Source: the human T2T-CHM13v2.0 reference genome, Homo sapiens
Length of the DNA: 64,000 nt
NCBI RefSeq assembly: GCF_009914755.1
Contig: NC_060948.1
Direction: 5' to 3' (one strand)
The notes below the pieces were generated by a model, which ran no database searches, was not told the origin of the DNA, and worked only from the letters and a program-made list of their open reading frames with translations. The translations under genes and the position numbers were made by a program. Positions 30,576 through 43,700 of the stretch are shown here, piece after piece. Position 1 is the stretch's first letter; every line of letters begins with the position of its first letter.

Positions 30576-31493
30576 AGATCTTATATTTTAAAATACTACA
30601 ACTTGCTTGAAAAAAAAATGATATAAATACAAGTTAGTTCCAACATGGATTTTAAGAGTTCACATCAAGAATGCATCATAAATTATGAGGGGTTAAAAAA
30701 CTAAAAGAATATTTTTTCAGAACAGACCAAGAAAACAATTAAGTTGGGAAAACTTAATGCATAAGAAAAGTTTAAAGGAATCAGGAGAAGTCTAAAACCG
30801 ATTTTAAAACTGTTTTTAATATTGTAAGTACTTAATGAAACTAGGATATTTAAGATCAAGTGTACTTTATTTTCACTAGATATAGGAGAGAATGTTGAAT
30901 TGAATTAAATTATAATTAAAAATTATGCTAGCTCTGAGGAATTGCTTCTTTCTAGTAAGATACACTGCTGAAAAAATATATATGGGATATTATAGAATAT
31001 CCCTTGAATGTGATTAAGAGTAGAATTTTCAGCAGTGTCACAAATAACTAAAATTCAGATTTGTAATGAAAAAGCAAACTGGATTAGAAAATTATGCTTT
31101 TGTTCCTACTCTTTGATTCCATAATAATTCTGAAAGAACATGTTAGCAAATGCCTTCAACTTAGGTGAACTCCTTAATTTAACCTCATATTATTGGTTTT
31201 GTGTCATGTCTCAATATGTCACCAAAGCCAGCCCAGATTTTAAATTCTTATTATTACTTAATAACACCTACATTTTTATCTTAGAAATTCTCCTTCAAGG
31301 CATCACAAAGCAGAATTTAAAAAAAAGAAAGAATACTTTCTGAGTATCAACCAATATTTTAAATGATTCTGTATCATGTGCAGCCTCTTTCCTATATAGT
31401 GTGCAAATAATGTACTTCTTTTTGGATTAAATGGACTCAGGAGTGTACTATCTAGAATATTGTACAAAATTGCCTTGAATATGTTATATGCAA

Positions 31494-33798
31494 TGATATG
31501 GTTTCACTGTGTCCCAACCCAAATCTCATCTTGAATTTAATGCCCATAATTCCCAAATGTTGTGGGAGGAGGAACCTGGTGGGAGGTGACTGAATTATGG
31601 GGCAGGCCTTTCCTGTGCTGTTCTTGTGATACTGAATGAGTCTCACAAGATCTGATGGCTTTAAAAACGGAAGTTTCCCTGCACAAGCCCTCTCTTTGCC
31701 TGCTGCCATCCCTATACGATGTGACTTGCTCCTCCTTGCCTTCTACCATAATTGTGAGGCCTCCCCAGCCATGTGGAACTGTAAGTCCATTAAATCCTTT
31801 CCCGTATAAATTACCCAGTCTCAGGTATGTCTTTATGAGCAGCATGAAAATGGATTGATACAGTAAATTGGTTCCAGGAGTAGGGTGCTGCTGAAAAGAT
31901 ACCTGAAAATGTGGAGGTGACTTTCGAACTGGGTAACAAGCAGGGGTTGGAACAGTTGGAGGGCTCAGAAGAAGATAGGAAAATGTGGGAAAGTTTGGAA
32001 CTCCCTAGAGACTTGTTGAATGGCTTTGCCCAAAATGCTGACAGCAATATGCACAATAAAGTCCAGGCTGAGGTGGTGTCAGATGGAAATGAGGAACTGG
32101 AGCAAAAGTGACCCTTGTTATGTTTCAACAAAGAGACTGGTAGCATTTTGCCCCTTCTCTAAAGATTTGTGGAATTTTGAACTTGAGAGAGATGATTTAA
32201 GGTATCTAGCAGGAGAAATTTCTAAGTGGCAAAGCATTCAAGAGGTGACTTGGGTGCTGTTAAAGGCATTCAGTTTTGTAAGGAAAACAGATATAAAAGT
32301 TCAGAAATTTTGCAGCCTGACAATTTGATAGAAAAGAATTTACTATTTTTTGAGGAGAAATGAAAGCCAATTGTAGAAATTTGCATAACTAATTAGAAGC
32401 TGTATGTTAATCACCAAGACAGTGGGGAGAATGTCACCAGGGCATGTGAGAGGTCTTCATGGAAGCCCCTCCCATCACAAGCCCAGAGGTCTAGGATTTA
32501 AAAATGGCTTTGTGGGCCAGGCTCAGGTCCCTGTGCTGTGTGCAGTCTAGGGAATTGGTAACTGCATCCCAGCCACTCCAGCCACAAGTAAATGGGGCCA
32601 AGGTACAGCTCGAGTCATGGCTTCAAAGGGTGCAAGCTCCAAGCCTTGGCAGCTTCCATGTGATGTTGGGCCTGTGGGTGCATGGAAGTCAAGAAATGAG
32701 GTTTGGGAACCTCTGCCTAGGTTTCAGGGGATTTGTGGAAACACCTGGATGTCTAGCAGAAGTTTGCTGCAGGGGCAGGGCCCTCATGGAGAACCTCTGC
32801 TAGGGCAGTGTGCAAGGGAAATGTGAGGTCGAAGCCTGCACACAGAATCCCTACTGGGGCACCACCTAGTGGAGCTGTGAAAAGAGGGCCACTGTCCCTC
32901 AGACCCCAGAATGGTAGATCCACTGACAGCTTGCACTGCATGCCTGGAAAATCTACAGACACTAAACAACAGCCTATGAAAGCAGCTGGGAGGGAGGGTG
33001 TACCCTGCCAAGCCACAGAGGCGGAGCTGCCCAAGATCATGGGAACCCACTTCTTGCATCAGCATGACCCGGAAGTGAGACATGGAGTCAAAGGAGATCA
33101 TTTTGGGGCTTTAAGATTTCACTGCCCTGCTGAGTTTTGGACCTCCATGGGGCCTGTAGTCTCTTTGTTTTGCCAATCTCTGCCATTTGAAATGGTTGTA
33201 TTTACCCAATGACTGTACTCCCATTGTATCTAGGAAGTAACTAATTTGCCTTTGATTTTACAGGCTGATAGGCAAATGGGGCTTGCCTTGTCTCAGATGA
33301 GATGTTGGACTGTGGACTTTTGAGTTAATGCTGAAATGAGTTAAGACTTTGGGAGACTGTTGGGAAGGTATGACTGTTTTTGAAATGTTAAGACATGAGA
33401 TTTGGGATGCACCAGGGGTGGAATGATATGGTTTGGCTGTGTCTCCACCCAAATCTCATCTTTAATTGTAACTCCCACAATTCCCATATGTTGTGGGGGG
33501 AACCCAGTGGGAAGTGACTGAATTATGGGGGTGGGTCTTTCCTGCACTGTTCTCTTGGTACTGAATGAGTCTCACAAGATCTGATGGTTTTAAAAATGGG
33601 ATTGTCCCTGAACAAGCTCTTTCTTTGCCTGCTGCCATCCATGTAAGATGTGACTTGCTCGTCCTTGCTTTATGCCATGAGTGTGAGCCCCCTCCACCCC
33701 CTGCCATGTAGAACTGTATGTTCATTAAACCCTTTTCCTGTATAAATTACCCAGTCTCAGGTATGTCGTTATTAGCAGTGTGAAAATGGACTAACACA
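31494..33798 (+). mobile_element. Second full-length THE1 MaLR (LTR 31494-31862, internal, LTR 33424-33798)
   Basis: Same architecture as the first; TSD degenerate. Confidence 0.95.
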
Positions 33799-34487
33799 CG
33801 AAATTTCCTCTATCTTTTAAAATGATAACTAAAGAGACTGAGCATATACGCCACCAAGAATATGTGTGTGTGGTGGAGAAAGGGTACTTAATTAGCTTAA
33901 CTCTTTACAATTCAAGAATTTTGGGGAGTCCAAGTTTTGGCTAAGTAGTATATGTGGTTTTGATAGTTTTCAGTAACTTCTTATAGCCGAAATTTTATTG
34001 TTTGCTAGCTGGCAAAAGCATTATGTTTAAAAATATACAGCAACAGATTTTCATATTTTTTCATATCTTTTTAGAATGACTCACATAAGTAGATCTGTTC
34101 TTTTGCAGATTACTTTAGCGTTCCTCAGATAGGCATCACTTAAATGTGCGGTAGCAGATAGGACTTTTCTAAAGTCCTCTTATAATGTAATATTTCATTA
34201 CTTCGATTTACCAAGCTTAACAAGTGTTTGACACCCTTCAGCTACTAAATTGATTCAGAAAAGATAGAACAGCATAGGCATGCTCTGATTTTTTTGCTCT
34301 TTCTTGATGGATTACAATTATTAACCTACAGGTGGAGTCTAGATCTTTATTTTTAGAGAAAAATCTCAACAAATAGTCAACTGAATAGAATCAGGGCAAC
34401 ATAGCTATTTGAGAAGTACACAACTTTCAAATTAACTTCTTGTATAGCAGCTTCAATCTTCTGTATTAGAAATTGTAATAAACTATT

Positions 34488-34800
<313 letters not shown>

Positions 34801-35009
34801 GAAATTGTAATAAACTATTAAACTGAATATTTTTTATTTGTCACCACACTATTCCCAGATGGTTGATCATTCTCATGAACAGTGGAAGACCAAGAAACAT
34901 CAAGCAACAGAAACTGAATTTCTGATCAACCTATTAATTCAAAATTTAGTCCCTGATATGAGTGTAAAAATTCTTTTAAAGTTAAAGTGAACATTTATAA
35001 TAATATACA

Positions 35010-35130
35010 AAAATACCCCATTTTAAAGATGTGGAAATTGAGGCTGGAGAAGGATAGATTATTTGCACAAATTTCACAAAAAATAATGATAGAGCATGGG
35101 TTAAAACACACAGTATCGTGATTATATTTG
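35010..35130 (-). mobile_element. MIR fragment
   Basis: ccccattttaaagatgtggaaattgaggctggaga core. Confidence 0.65.
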
Positions 35131-35199
35131 AATCATACATGAGAGCTCAAATTACATCACACTTTGCCCATTCTGCCAGAAAATATTCTGGAGGTCATT

Positions 35200-35395
35200 A
35201 TCATGCAGTAGTTAAGCCCACAAAAAGCTCTAGAGTCAGCAACTCTTTGTTAGAATCTCAGCTCTGTCACTTACCTTTCTATCTCAACTTCAGTTTCCCC
35301 ATTGATTTAACAGGAATGAAAATAGTATTTATGTCAGAGAGTTGTTGAAAAGATAAAATGCATACAAAAAGAGACCCCCTGGCACATGGTAGGTG
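35200..35395 (+). mobile_element. MIR fragment
   Basis: gctctagagtcag...gaatctcagctctgtcacttac...cagtttcccc...cctggcacatggtagg. Confidence 0.7.
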
Positions 35396-36760
35396 TAACA
35401 GATACTAATGTATCGTAGTGTTTCTCTTAAAATTTTGGAACAGTATAATTGTATAATTTAAAAAATCAATATTGCATATATTGAATAAATAATAACTTTA
35501 TTATAGAGTTCATGAAATGGTAAAGATAAAGTCAATTACATTGTATCCATCTCAGATAATTGGGAAAATTTTCCTCACACAAATATACACTCAAGAAATA
35601 CACACCAAGAATACAACCTCAGATATCAGATATTAGAGCTAAATTTTGTTCACAATGCTAGGCTAAGAAATCTTTGGTTAGAAGGTTATGGAACATCAAG
35701 ATTTTATTGGTAAGCACATAACCCCATTTAATTCCAGTAGACGCTCTTTTAACAGTCACAGTCAGAATCAGAGGTAAGATGGTTCATCAAAGCAATCAGA
35801 TGAACAGGTAAATCATTAAGAAATGCATACATATCTCATATATGTTACATATATATGATAAATAAATACTTGAAACAAAGAAGTGTACATTTATCTTTCA
35901 TAATTTGATGTAGAATCTTTGCCTTGCCTTTGGATGTATGTTCACTGATTTTAGCACAATGCACCATATTTATTACATACACTCTACCAATATTACATAA
36001 TATGTAGTGTCCGGTTTTTGTTCCCATAAAATGGAGTGTGTTTTTAAATGCTCTTGAAAAGTGTTCTGAGTATGGAATGCTTCTAGAGTTTTATGATACT
36101 TTTTCTGAATCTTCTGTAGTTCTCTTGCTCAGACAGTACTCTATGACAAGTCATTGCAGCATTTTGCCCTTTGTAATCTTTCTGAAAAGTTCAATTTCAT
36201 CTTCTTTGAAGCAATTATTTTTATATTAACATTTCATTGGGTTATATGAGATTTTAATTAAATTAAATGGTTGCAATAGCAAATGCAGCTCATGTAAATG
36301 TATTTTAAAACAATATCTGACTTTTCTTAAGCATAAACTCGCTTTGGCTCAGAAGTCAGTGGGTATACTGTAAAGTGGCATCCTAGCTGAGGTGAGGACA
36401 TAAAGCTTGTTGACTTCATCAAGTCAATGTTTTATTCACTGTGGGAATAATGAGCTTTATTTAATCAAATGAGTTGGTTAAGTAGAGGCCTGTCAAAAAA
36501 GTTTCCAATTTATTAATATTGATGCATTTGCTATATCAGAGTAGGACATCCAATTGTGGAAGATTTCACAACTTACCATTGTATTTACAAATCTAAACTT
36601 AATTTTTGATCATTCTAATATCTCAAGAAGTTTGTTTGCAGTTTGCCCATACCTTCACAGTAACCCGACTGCTACACGACAGCAACTCTAGCCTTTAATC
36701 AAAAGTATGAATTTTTGAATGAAACAAGTACATTTGCATAATTTTTTAAATAGTTAAAAT

Positions 36761-36965
36761 CAGTGTACCTCAAACTTTCATGTGCAGATCCATCATATAA
36801 CATATAAATCTTATGTATGTTTTACCAAAATTAAAAAGGCAAAAAAGAAATATTAATGCTATGTCCTACTAATATCATTATTTTCCCTGGGAGTGTAGCC
36901 TGGAAATAATATTTTTGTAAAATTATCCATTTGATCTATGTGTATGCAAATTTTAAAAACCACTG
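36761..36965. mobile_element. MER5-like hAT-Charlie non-autonomous DNA transposon
   Basis: Imperfect TIRs cagtgtacctcaaa / tttaaaaaccactg, about 200 bp long. Confidence 0.5.
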
Positions 36966-37889
36966 ATTTAAATGGAAAACCTTAAAATGTGTTTCAATCA
37001 TTCACCACTTGAGTTCCAGTGAGAACAAAAGTAAAGTTTTATCTTTGAGTCTACCGATTATTTCCGTTACAGGGTAAGAAAATGTGTTTGCTAAGTAGGC
37101 ATATTCTCAAGACTTCGTTAGGCTGAATGTAACATAAAAAAGACTTCATGATAAGAAAAGCAATGAAACCTGATTAATACAGATTGACTTAGCGAGGAGC
37201 CACAAACTTCTGGCATTCTAATTTGTTTGTAGTTGACTACTTAACAGTATTCGATGATCGGAGAATACTTTAGTAGACAGACAGAAATGAAAATTTTCCT
37301 TTAATTACATCAAATTCTCCCTAGACTAAATTCTGTGTTTTGTTTAACAATCAAAATGTAGGAAACAGGAGGGTGACTGGTAATGATTCAAATGGGTATT
37401 AAAGTTTCATCTACTATACATCATCATATATTTATTAATCTGAGGTTATTCATGGAACTGATATGAAAACTGAAGGACTGTGAAGTTATATTTTAGTTCA
37501 CATAAATGTGTGAATTCTATTGTATATTAATATTATCTGTATTTGGATATGGATAGACAAATTATGTAGATAGAGAGAGAGATGTACCCATATTATATCC
37601 AGACTAAATGCCTTCTGAGAATATTTATTCATGTAGAAATTCATTTATCAAAACCAAATATTTATCAAAAGAAAGAATATATTCATCCGAACCATACGAT
37701 TTTGATTCAAATATTAACAGCTTTATAAACTCAAGCAAGTAACTACTAATTTCTGAGCTCACTAACATCTACAGCAAAAACTTTCTATAAGAATGAAAAT
37801 AATTTTGAACTCTCTGTAAGAAAGATGAGCCCATCCTGATAGCATAAGTATTAAAATGATATTTGAGCACTGTACTGCAAAGCTGCTAA

Positions 37890-38279
<390 letters not shown>

Positions 38280-39634
38280 AAGTTTATATATTATATAATA
38301 TTAAATATGATCTAATATAGCACTTGGAGTATTTGGGTCTTTCTTCTTTTACTTCTGTATTATTGTTTTTGTTATTTTATTCTGCCCCTCTTTGTCTTCC
38401 TTCTTTTACCCGCATATTTTAGTTTTTGTTATTTTCTCCTACCCCTCTTTTACAAGTTACCTTGCATTCTTAGTGAATGACTTATGTGGAATTATAATTA
38501 TGTTGCCTTTTTATGGATATGTCAATATTTATAACAGTGTTTGAAGTAGACAAATACTTCTCCACTTCTCCTAAATCTGTCTTATAAATGTAACCGGTAA
38601 TGACACAATCTATGCAGTATTAAATATTAATTTGGGATTATATATTAATGATAGAGAACAAATGAATTCCTTTATTGCTAAGTCAATGCAAACTAGTGAA
38701 GTGGCTTATTTTGGTGAATTACACTATGATAAACATTTTTTTGGACCACCATATCACATATCACACAGGACAACCATATAGAAACTCATAGCAAATATTG
38801 TAGTCGTGAGTATCTGTTCTAAATTTCATCCGAATTAATATTATTTTATGAAACTATAGGAAGATGAATTCCTGTATACTGACTTTACAAACTACATTAA
38901 GTCTGTGGAAGTTGCATACCAAGTAAGCAATGTAATGGTAGAGATGTGAAAATTCTGTCAGTTGTCTTTCTAATCAGTAGTCAAATTTTGACACAAGAAA
39001 TGCTATCAAATTCAAAAGGCATATTCATGGAATCCTCTCCAACTATTTAGTTAACAGAATGAGATTATGTTTTTTTTTTTCTTTTTATGGTACGACATAC
39101 AGTGCTGTGTTTTACTTTTCTCTATTGTCTAATAAATTATTTTTAAATAATTTTTTCTGCTGAGACAGTGTATGATCTACATGTCTTCTGAAAACCAAAG
39201 AAGGTATTTCTTTGATTTGAAATAGCGTTTAAAATACCTACATTCTTAAAAGTCAGAGCTTGTAAAGTGATTGCAGGCATTTGCGAATCAGGTGAAATTT
39301 GTGTGGTCTTTTGACTCTTGCTATATTAATAATATTTTCAATGAAAACTGTACCTACTTGCTTTGTGTGCATATAAATTGAATATATTGTAAAATTTAAA
39401 ATAACAGTAATAGTTCCGGTGGGCTGATGTTCCATAATCTGTATCTGTACTTGTATAAAGATAATTAGTTTGAATCAATCACTTATAGAAAAATGTCACC
39501 TCACCTGCCCATTTTAAAAAGTGGCTCACAGAAGTGAAATTAGTTACACAGCATACTAATTACAGAATGAAAAGACTGCTCAAAAATGCTAAATACAGGC
39601 CTGTAAATTAGCATATCTTCATACAGATATAAAT

Positions 39635-39805
39635 TAAACATATAATAAAATTATATGTATTATAATTATATATAATTATATGTGTAGTGTATATATACAT
39701 ATTTATATATAATCAGTATATATAGATATTATATATCTATATGTAAAATATATATGTATCTAAATATGTATCTATCTAAATACATATATATACACAAACA
39801 TATAA
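39635..39805. repeat. TA-rich low-complexity tract
   Basis: Degenerate (TA)n. Confidence 0.8.
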
Positions 39806-40902
39806 AATAAGTGCTAAGTCGGGTCTGGGACAATGTCATTTATTCAGCACAGTGTTCTTGGTACATAGCAAGACCTGAAACATACTAAATAATCAATAAT
39901 ATGTTTGGTTCAACAAGTGTCAGAAATGCTTTATTTTGGTGATGTTTTAGATTTGGAAATTTTACACAAACAGGCATAGTTAGCAAAAATATTTTTTCTT
40001 TTTTTAAGTTTAAAAGATATGAACAGTACAGTACAGTGTTCCAGAAATTCTTATTGGTGAAGAATTCATGGCTTGGAAAACTAAGTTGATGATGCAGAAG
40101 AATGTTCATTATGAAAGAAATGGGTTATAAAGAAGTCTGAGAAAAAGACTATTTAGGAAATTTGTCTTAAAAGGGTGAGAAATGGATTAGATATGGGCAT
40201 GAACGAAATACAATTTTTTCTTTCATTCTTAGGTTTGGCTTTGTTCCTTTTCACTGAGCTGGAATGAGTATCACAGGGTAATTGTGACATATTGACCCTT
40301 AAACTTTCAACATGTTTTCATTAATTCAACAAATATTATTTAAGGTGGCATCATACCCGACACAATTTTAGCTTATCCTTTATGTAAACCTTATGTAAAC
40401 TAAATATACATTAATCTTGCACAAAAATTTTGAGAAAATATTTTGAGGAAATGTGTTAATGCATTATTTGCTTCTGCATGTACCTTTTTCCCTAGAATAT
40501 GACTGGGTTTTGATTATATATTGCCAGAAAATAGTTTCACCTATGTAAAGGATTTGTTCTTAGTGACTTTTGTTGTCAGGAAGTTTTGCATTTGTGTTAA
40601 CACTTGTGTGTTTTGTGGCATCATGTTTTTATTAGTATCAGTGCTACATTCTGTGATACCTTTATGACTCCTAAATCTTTGATTTAGATTATATAATTCA
40701 TTGCTAATCATGTCTTCTTCTCAATGTATCTCATTTAAATTATTTTAGCTAAAGGGCCAAGTGATAGCTGGGAACATTATGTGCCCATTCCTGATGGTGC
40801 CCATTTTTCAAAAGGAAGGGATTTTGAGAAAGGTCCTCAGAATTCAGTAATACTGGTATATAGTGTAATGTTGAAAGAATGTAATGATGCACTAACTTTG
40901 GC

Positions 40903-41066
40903 TTATTTATTTATTTTTAGAGACAGGGTCTCACTCTGTCTCCCAGGCTGAAGTGCAGTGGTGTGATCATGGCTCACTTTAGCCTGGAGCTCCTTGCCTC
41001 AAGCCATACTCCTGCCTTAGCCATCCAAAGCCTTGGAATTATAGGCATGAGCCACCACACATGACC
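40903..41066 (-). mobile_element. Old Alu monomer (FRAM/AluJ-like)
   Basis: agagacagggtctcactctgtc...ggcatgagccaccac. Confidence 0.85.
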
Positions 41067-43700
41067 TCCTTTTCAAGTTATTCCATTAATTATTTATAGG
41101 AAATAACAACAGTTTAATGAAAATTTAAAAAAAGAATTAGGAAGTTTATCCATATCTAATTCAAAATCACATGACAAATTCTTATTTAACTTAGTCAACC
41201 TATGGGGATAATTTGTATTCTTAAAAAAATCTCTTCTAGTAGGAAAAAATATAATTTCAAAATCTTACTTAAACCAAATGTATTTGTTATTCAAGATATG
41301 AGTACATTTCTCTCTGTCTTGACACTTGAAATTCTCGTATAAGATTTCAAATTATAGGGGAAAAATCAGAAGAATTGATTGTTGTATTTTAGGAAACTCA
41401 CATTGTGTTTTGGGAATTTTGGCAAATTATAAAAAATACCCTTTAATTTCCACAAGCGAAAGTACATGCTGACTTGAAGTTAATTCTACTTTTTAAAAGT
41501 AAAATCATTTTGGAAAGTTTTTCAGTGAGTTATGTCCATGCAAAATAAGTGAACACTGGTAATTCTTTGTACAACAGAGTACAAAAATTGAAAGAGAATA
41601 GGAAAATATTGCTACTTAGGGATCCGGGATATATATTTTTCATCATGGGACATGATATTTCATCTGAGCACAATGTGCATTTGAGGAATGGATAGGACTG
41701 GCTTATAGTTTAAATAAATATCTTAGCTAGTCATGGTTATATTCTCTTAGACTAAATTTCAGTCAAATTCTTAGCAATATTAATATGTGTATTTGAACTA
41801 ATTTCTGTGTCAATTCTCCAAACTGTGTAGCAGAAACATCATTTTATGTTTAAAGAAACAAAGTAAAGGGAGAGATTAATAGGAACTCAGACAAATGCAG
41901 AATCAAATTATAGTGTATTAAAGATGTATATCTCCTTCCTTGTTATATAAGAACTAAAACTTAGGCAACATTTTATCTCTTAGTGGTATACTCTCCTTTT
42001 ACAAATACCAAAATATAATATTTATATTTTGAGTATCCAAAGAGCCATTACCTTAAATCTGTATCTTCTAGTCATGAAGTGCAGATGATTTTTAAGGCAG
42101 ACAGCATTTGGTTTATTCAAAAAATCTTTTAATATGTCTTTTGCAGTGAGTTAATCTGTCAGACTGATAAAATAAGTTCCTCATACTCCCCCTCCTCTTC
42201 CTGTGCATATAAGCTTTTATTTAATTCTGTTTGAAATAGCTTGCTTCTATTTTTGCTTCCTCTTCATGTTTGTGGCACTGCTTTTTATGCTTTGTTCTTT
42301 GCTGACATAAAATATTTATCAACATATCATCTAAGAAGATTGGTTCTCCACAGTAGATATCCAATATGTTTCACCACATGGAAAATGTCTTTTCTTGTTT
42401 ATTCCTAAAATCTGTAGCCAAATTCCCATATGTCTGGTTTATCCATTGATACTTGAAAATGTAAAACTAAGTAATTCTGTGGATAACAATTATGCATGAA
42501 CATTGCCATTAAACAGTAAATTTTAAAATAATTTATATTTAAACTAAAATAATAATCATATATCTTTCAATATCAAGCAAACGGATTTGATTTTATTCCA
42601 TTCCTTTGTTATAATGGAAAATAAATTTTCTAATACATTTATTTTTCATTTTTTCTTTGATATGATTTCCCTAATAGTTAAAACAATAGCATTATTCAGA
42701 GACTGTATTTTTAGATGTGGCCTATGATTTCAAGGATCCCTCCTTTCCCCATGTGTTACAATACAAAATATAAATAACCAGTTGGTTCCAAGACTAAAAA
42801 TTTCTGCCAAAGCTTGTGTTCATACAGTTACAAAGTCCCAATAAAATATATATTAGAGAGAAAAAATATAAATATAGAAAATAAATCAAAGTCTCCAATT
42901 CTTTGAAAATGCCAGCATGGTACTACTGTTAAGCTGTCAGTAATTCACTGTGATTACAAGAAATCACAACTTCAGTCCATGCTAATATCACATGTGAGAT
43001 TATGAAAACATATTTATAAAGAGAATTATCAAGTCAGCTTGCACTTCCAAAACTATACTTTCGTTTCAATTATTTCATCTCCTTAAATATTTTATATGTA
43101 AATATTAAGATCTATATAATAAAATAATCAATTTATTTGGAGTTTTATAAGTTGTCCATCCAGATGCATCTCTCTAAACTGATGTATTAGGAGGAAAAAT
43201 ACTGTCAATGAATAAACATCACTATCTTTCTCATTTTGTAGCAAATTTTAAAGTGAAAGTAATAGAACATTACTTTGGGGGAACAATGCAATATTTATGA
43301 TAGTGAACATTATTGAAATAAGTTCAAATTTTTCTTTATGGATTTTAAAAAACATGCTTTCATATACAAAAACATGTAAACATCTGCCTAAAATAAAGTT
43401 GAAATAGATATTTTTGAAATGGTAATTATATGACCTATTTCTTATTCCAGTTTTCTGTTACATATGCTACATGTAATAGAAAATGTAAATAATATAGTAT
43501 TAATATAAGTATAGACATGCATATAATATATGATCAATATAAGTACTTCTCAAATGAAATCTCTGTTTCCAAACTATGTCCTAAGTTGTGTGCAGAGCTT
43601 AATATGTTTAGCAAGGCATACGAACATACAGAAAGAGAAAATATGCTATAGAACTTACAAAACTGACATTCACTAATAAAATAAGACTTTCAAGTGCTTA

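Noticed and set aside
31452-33725. Dense cluster of ORFs on both strands
   Set aside because: All lie within THE1 LTR or internal sequence.
25547-33798. PRDM9 hotspot motif CCTCCCTAGCCAC in THE1 LTRs
   Set aside because: All four LTRs carry non-matching versions (e.g. cctccccagccat).
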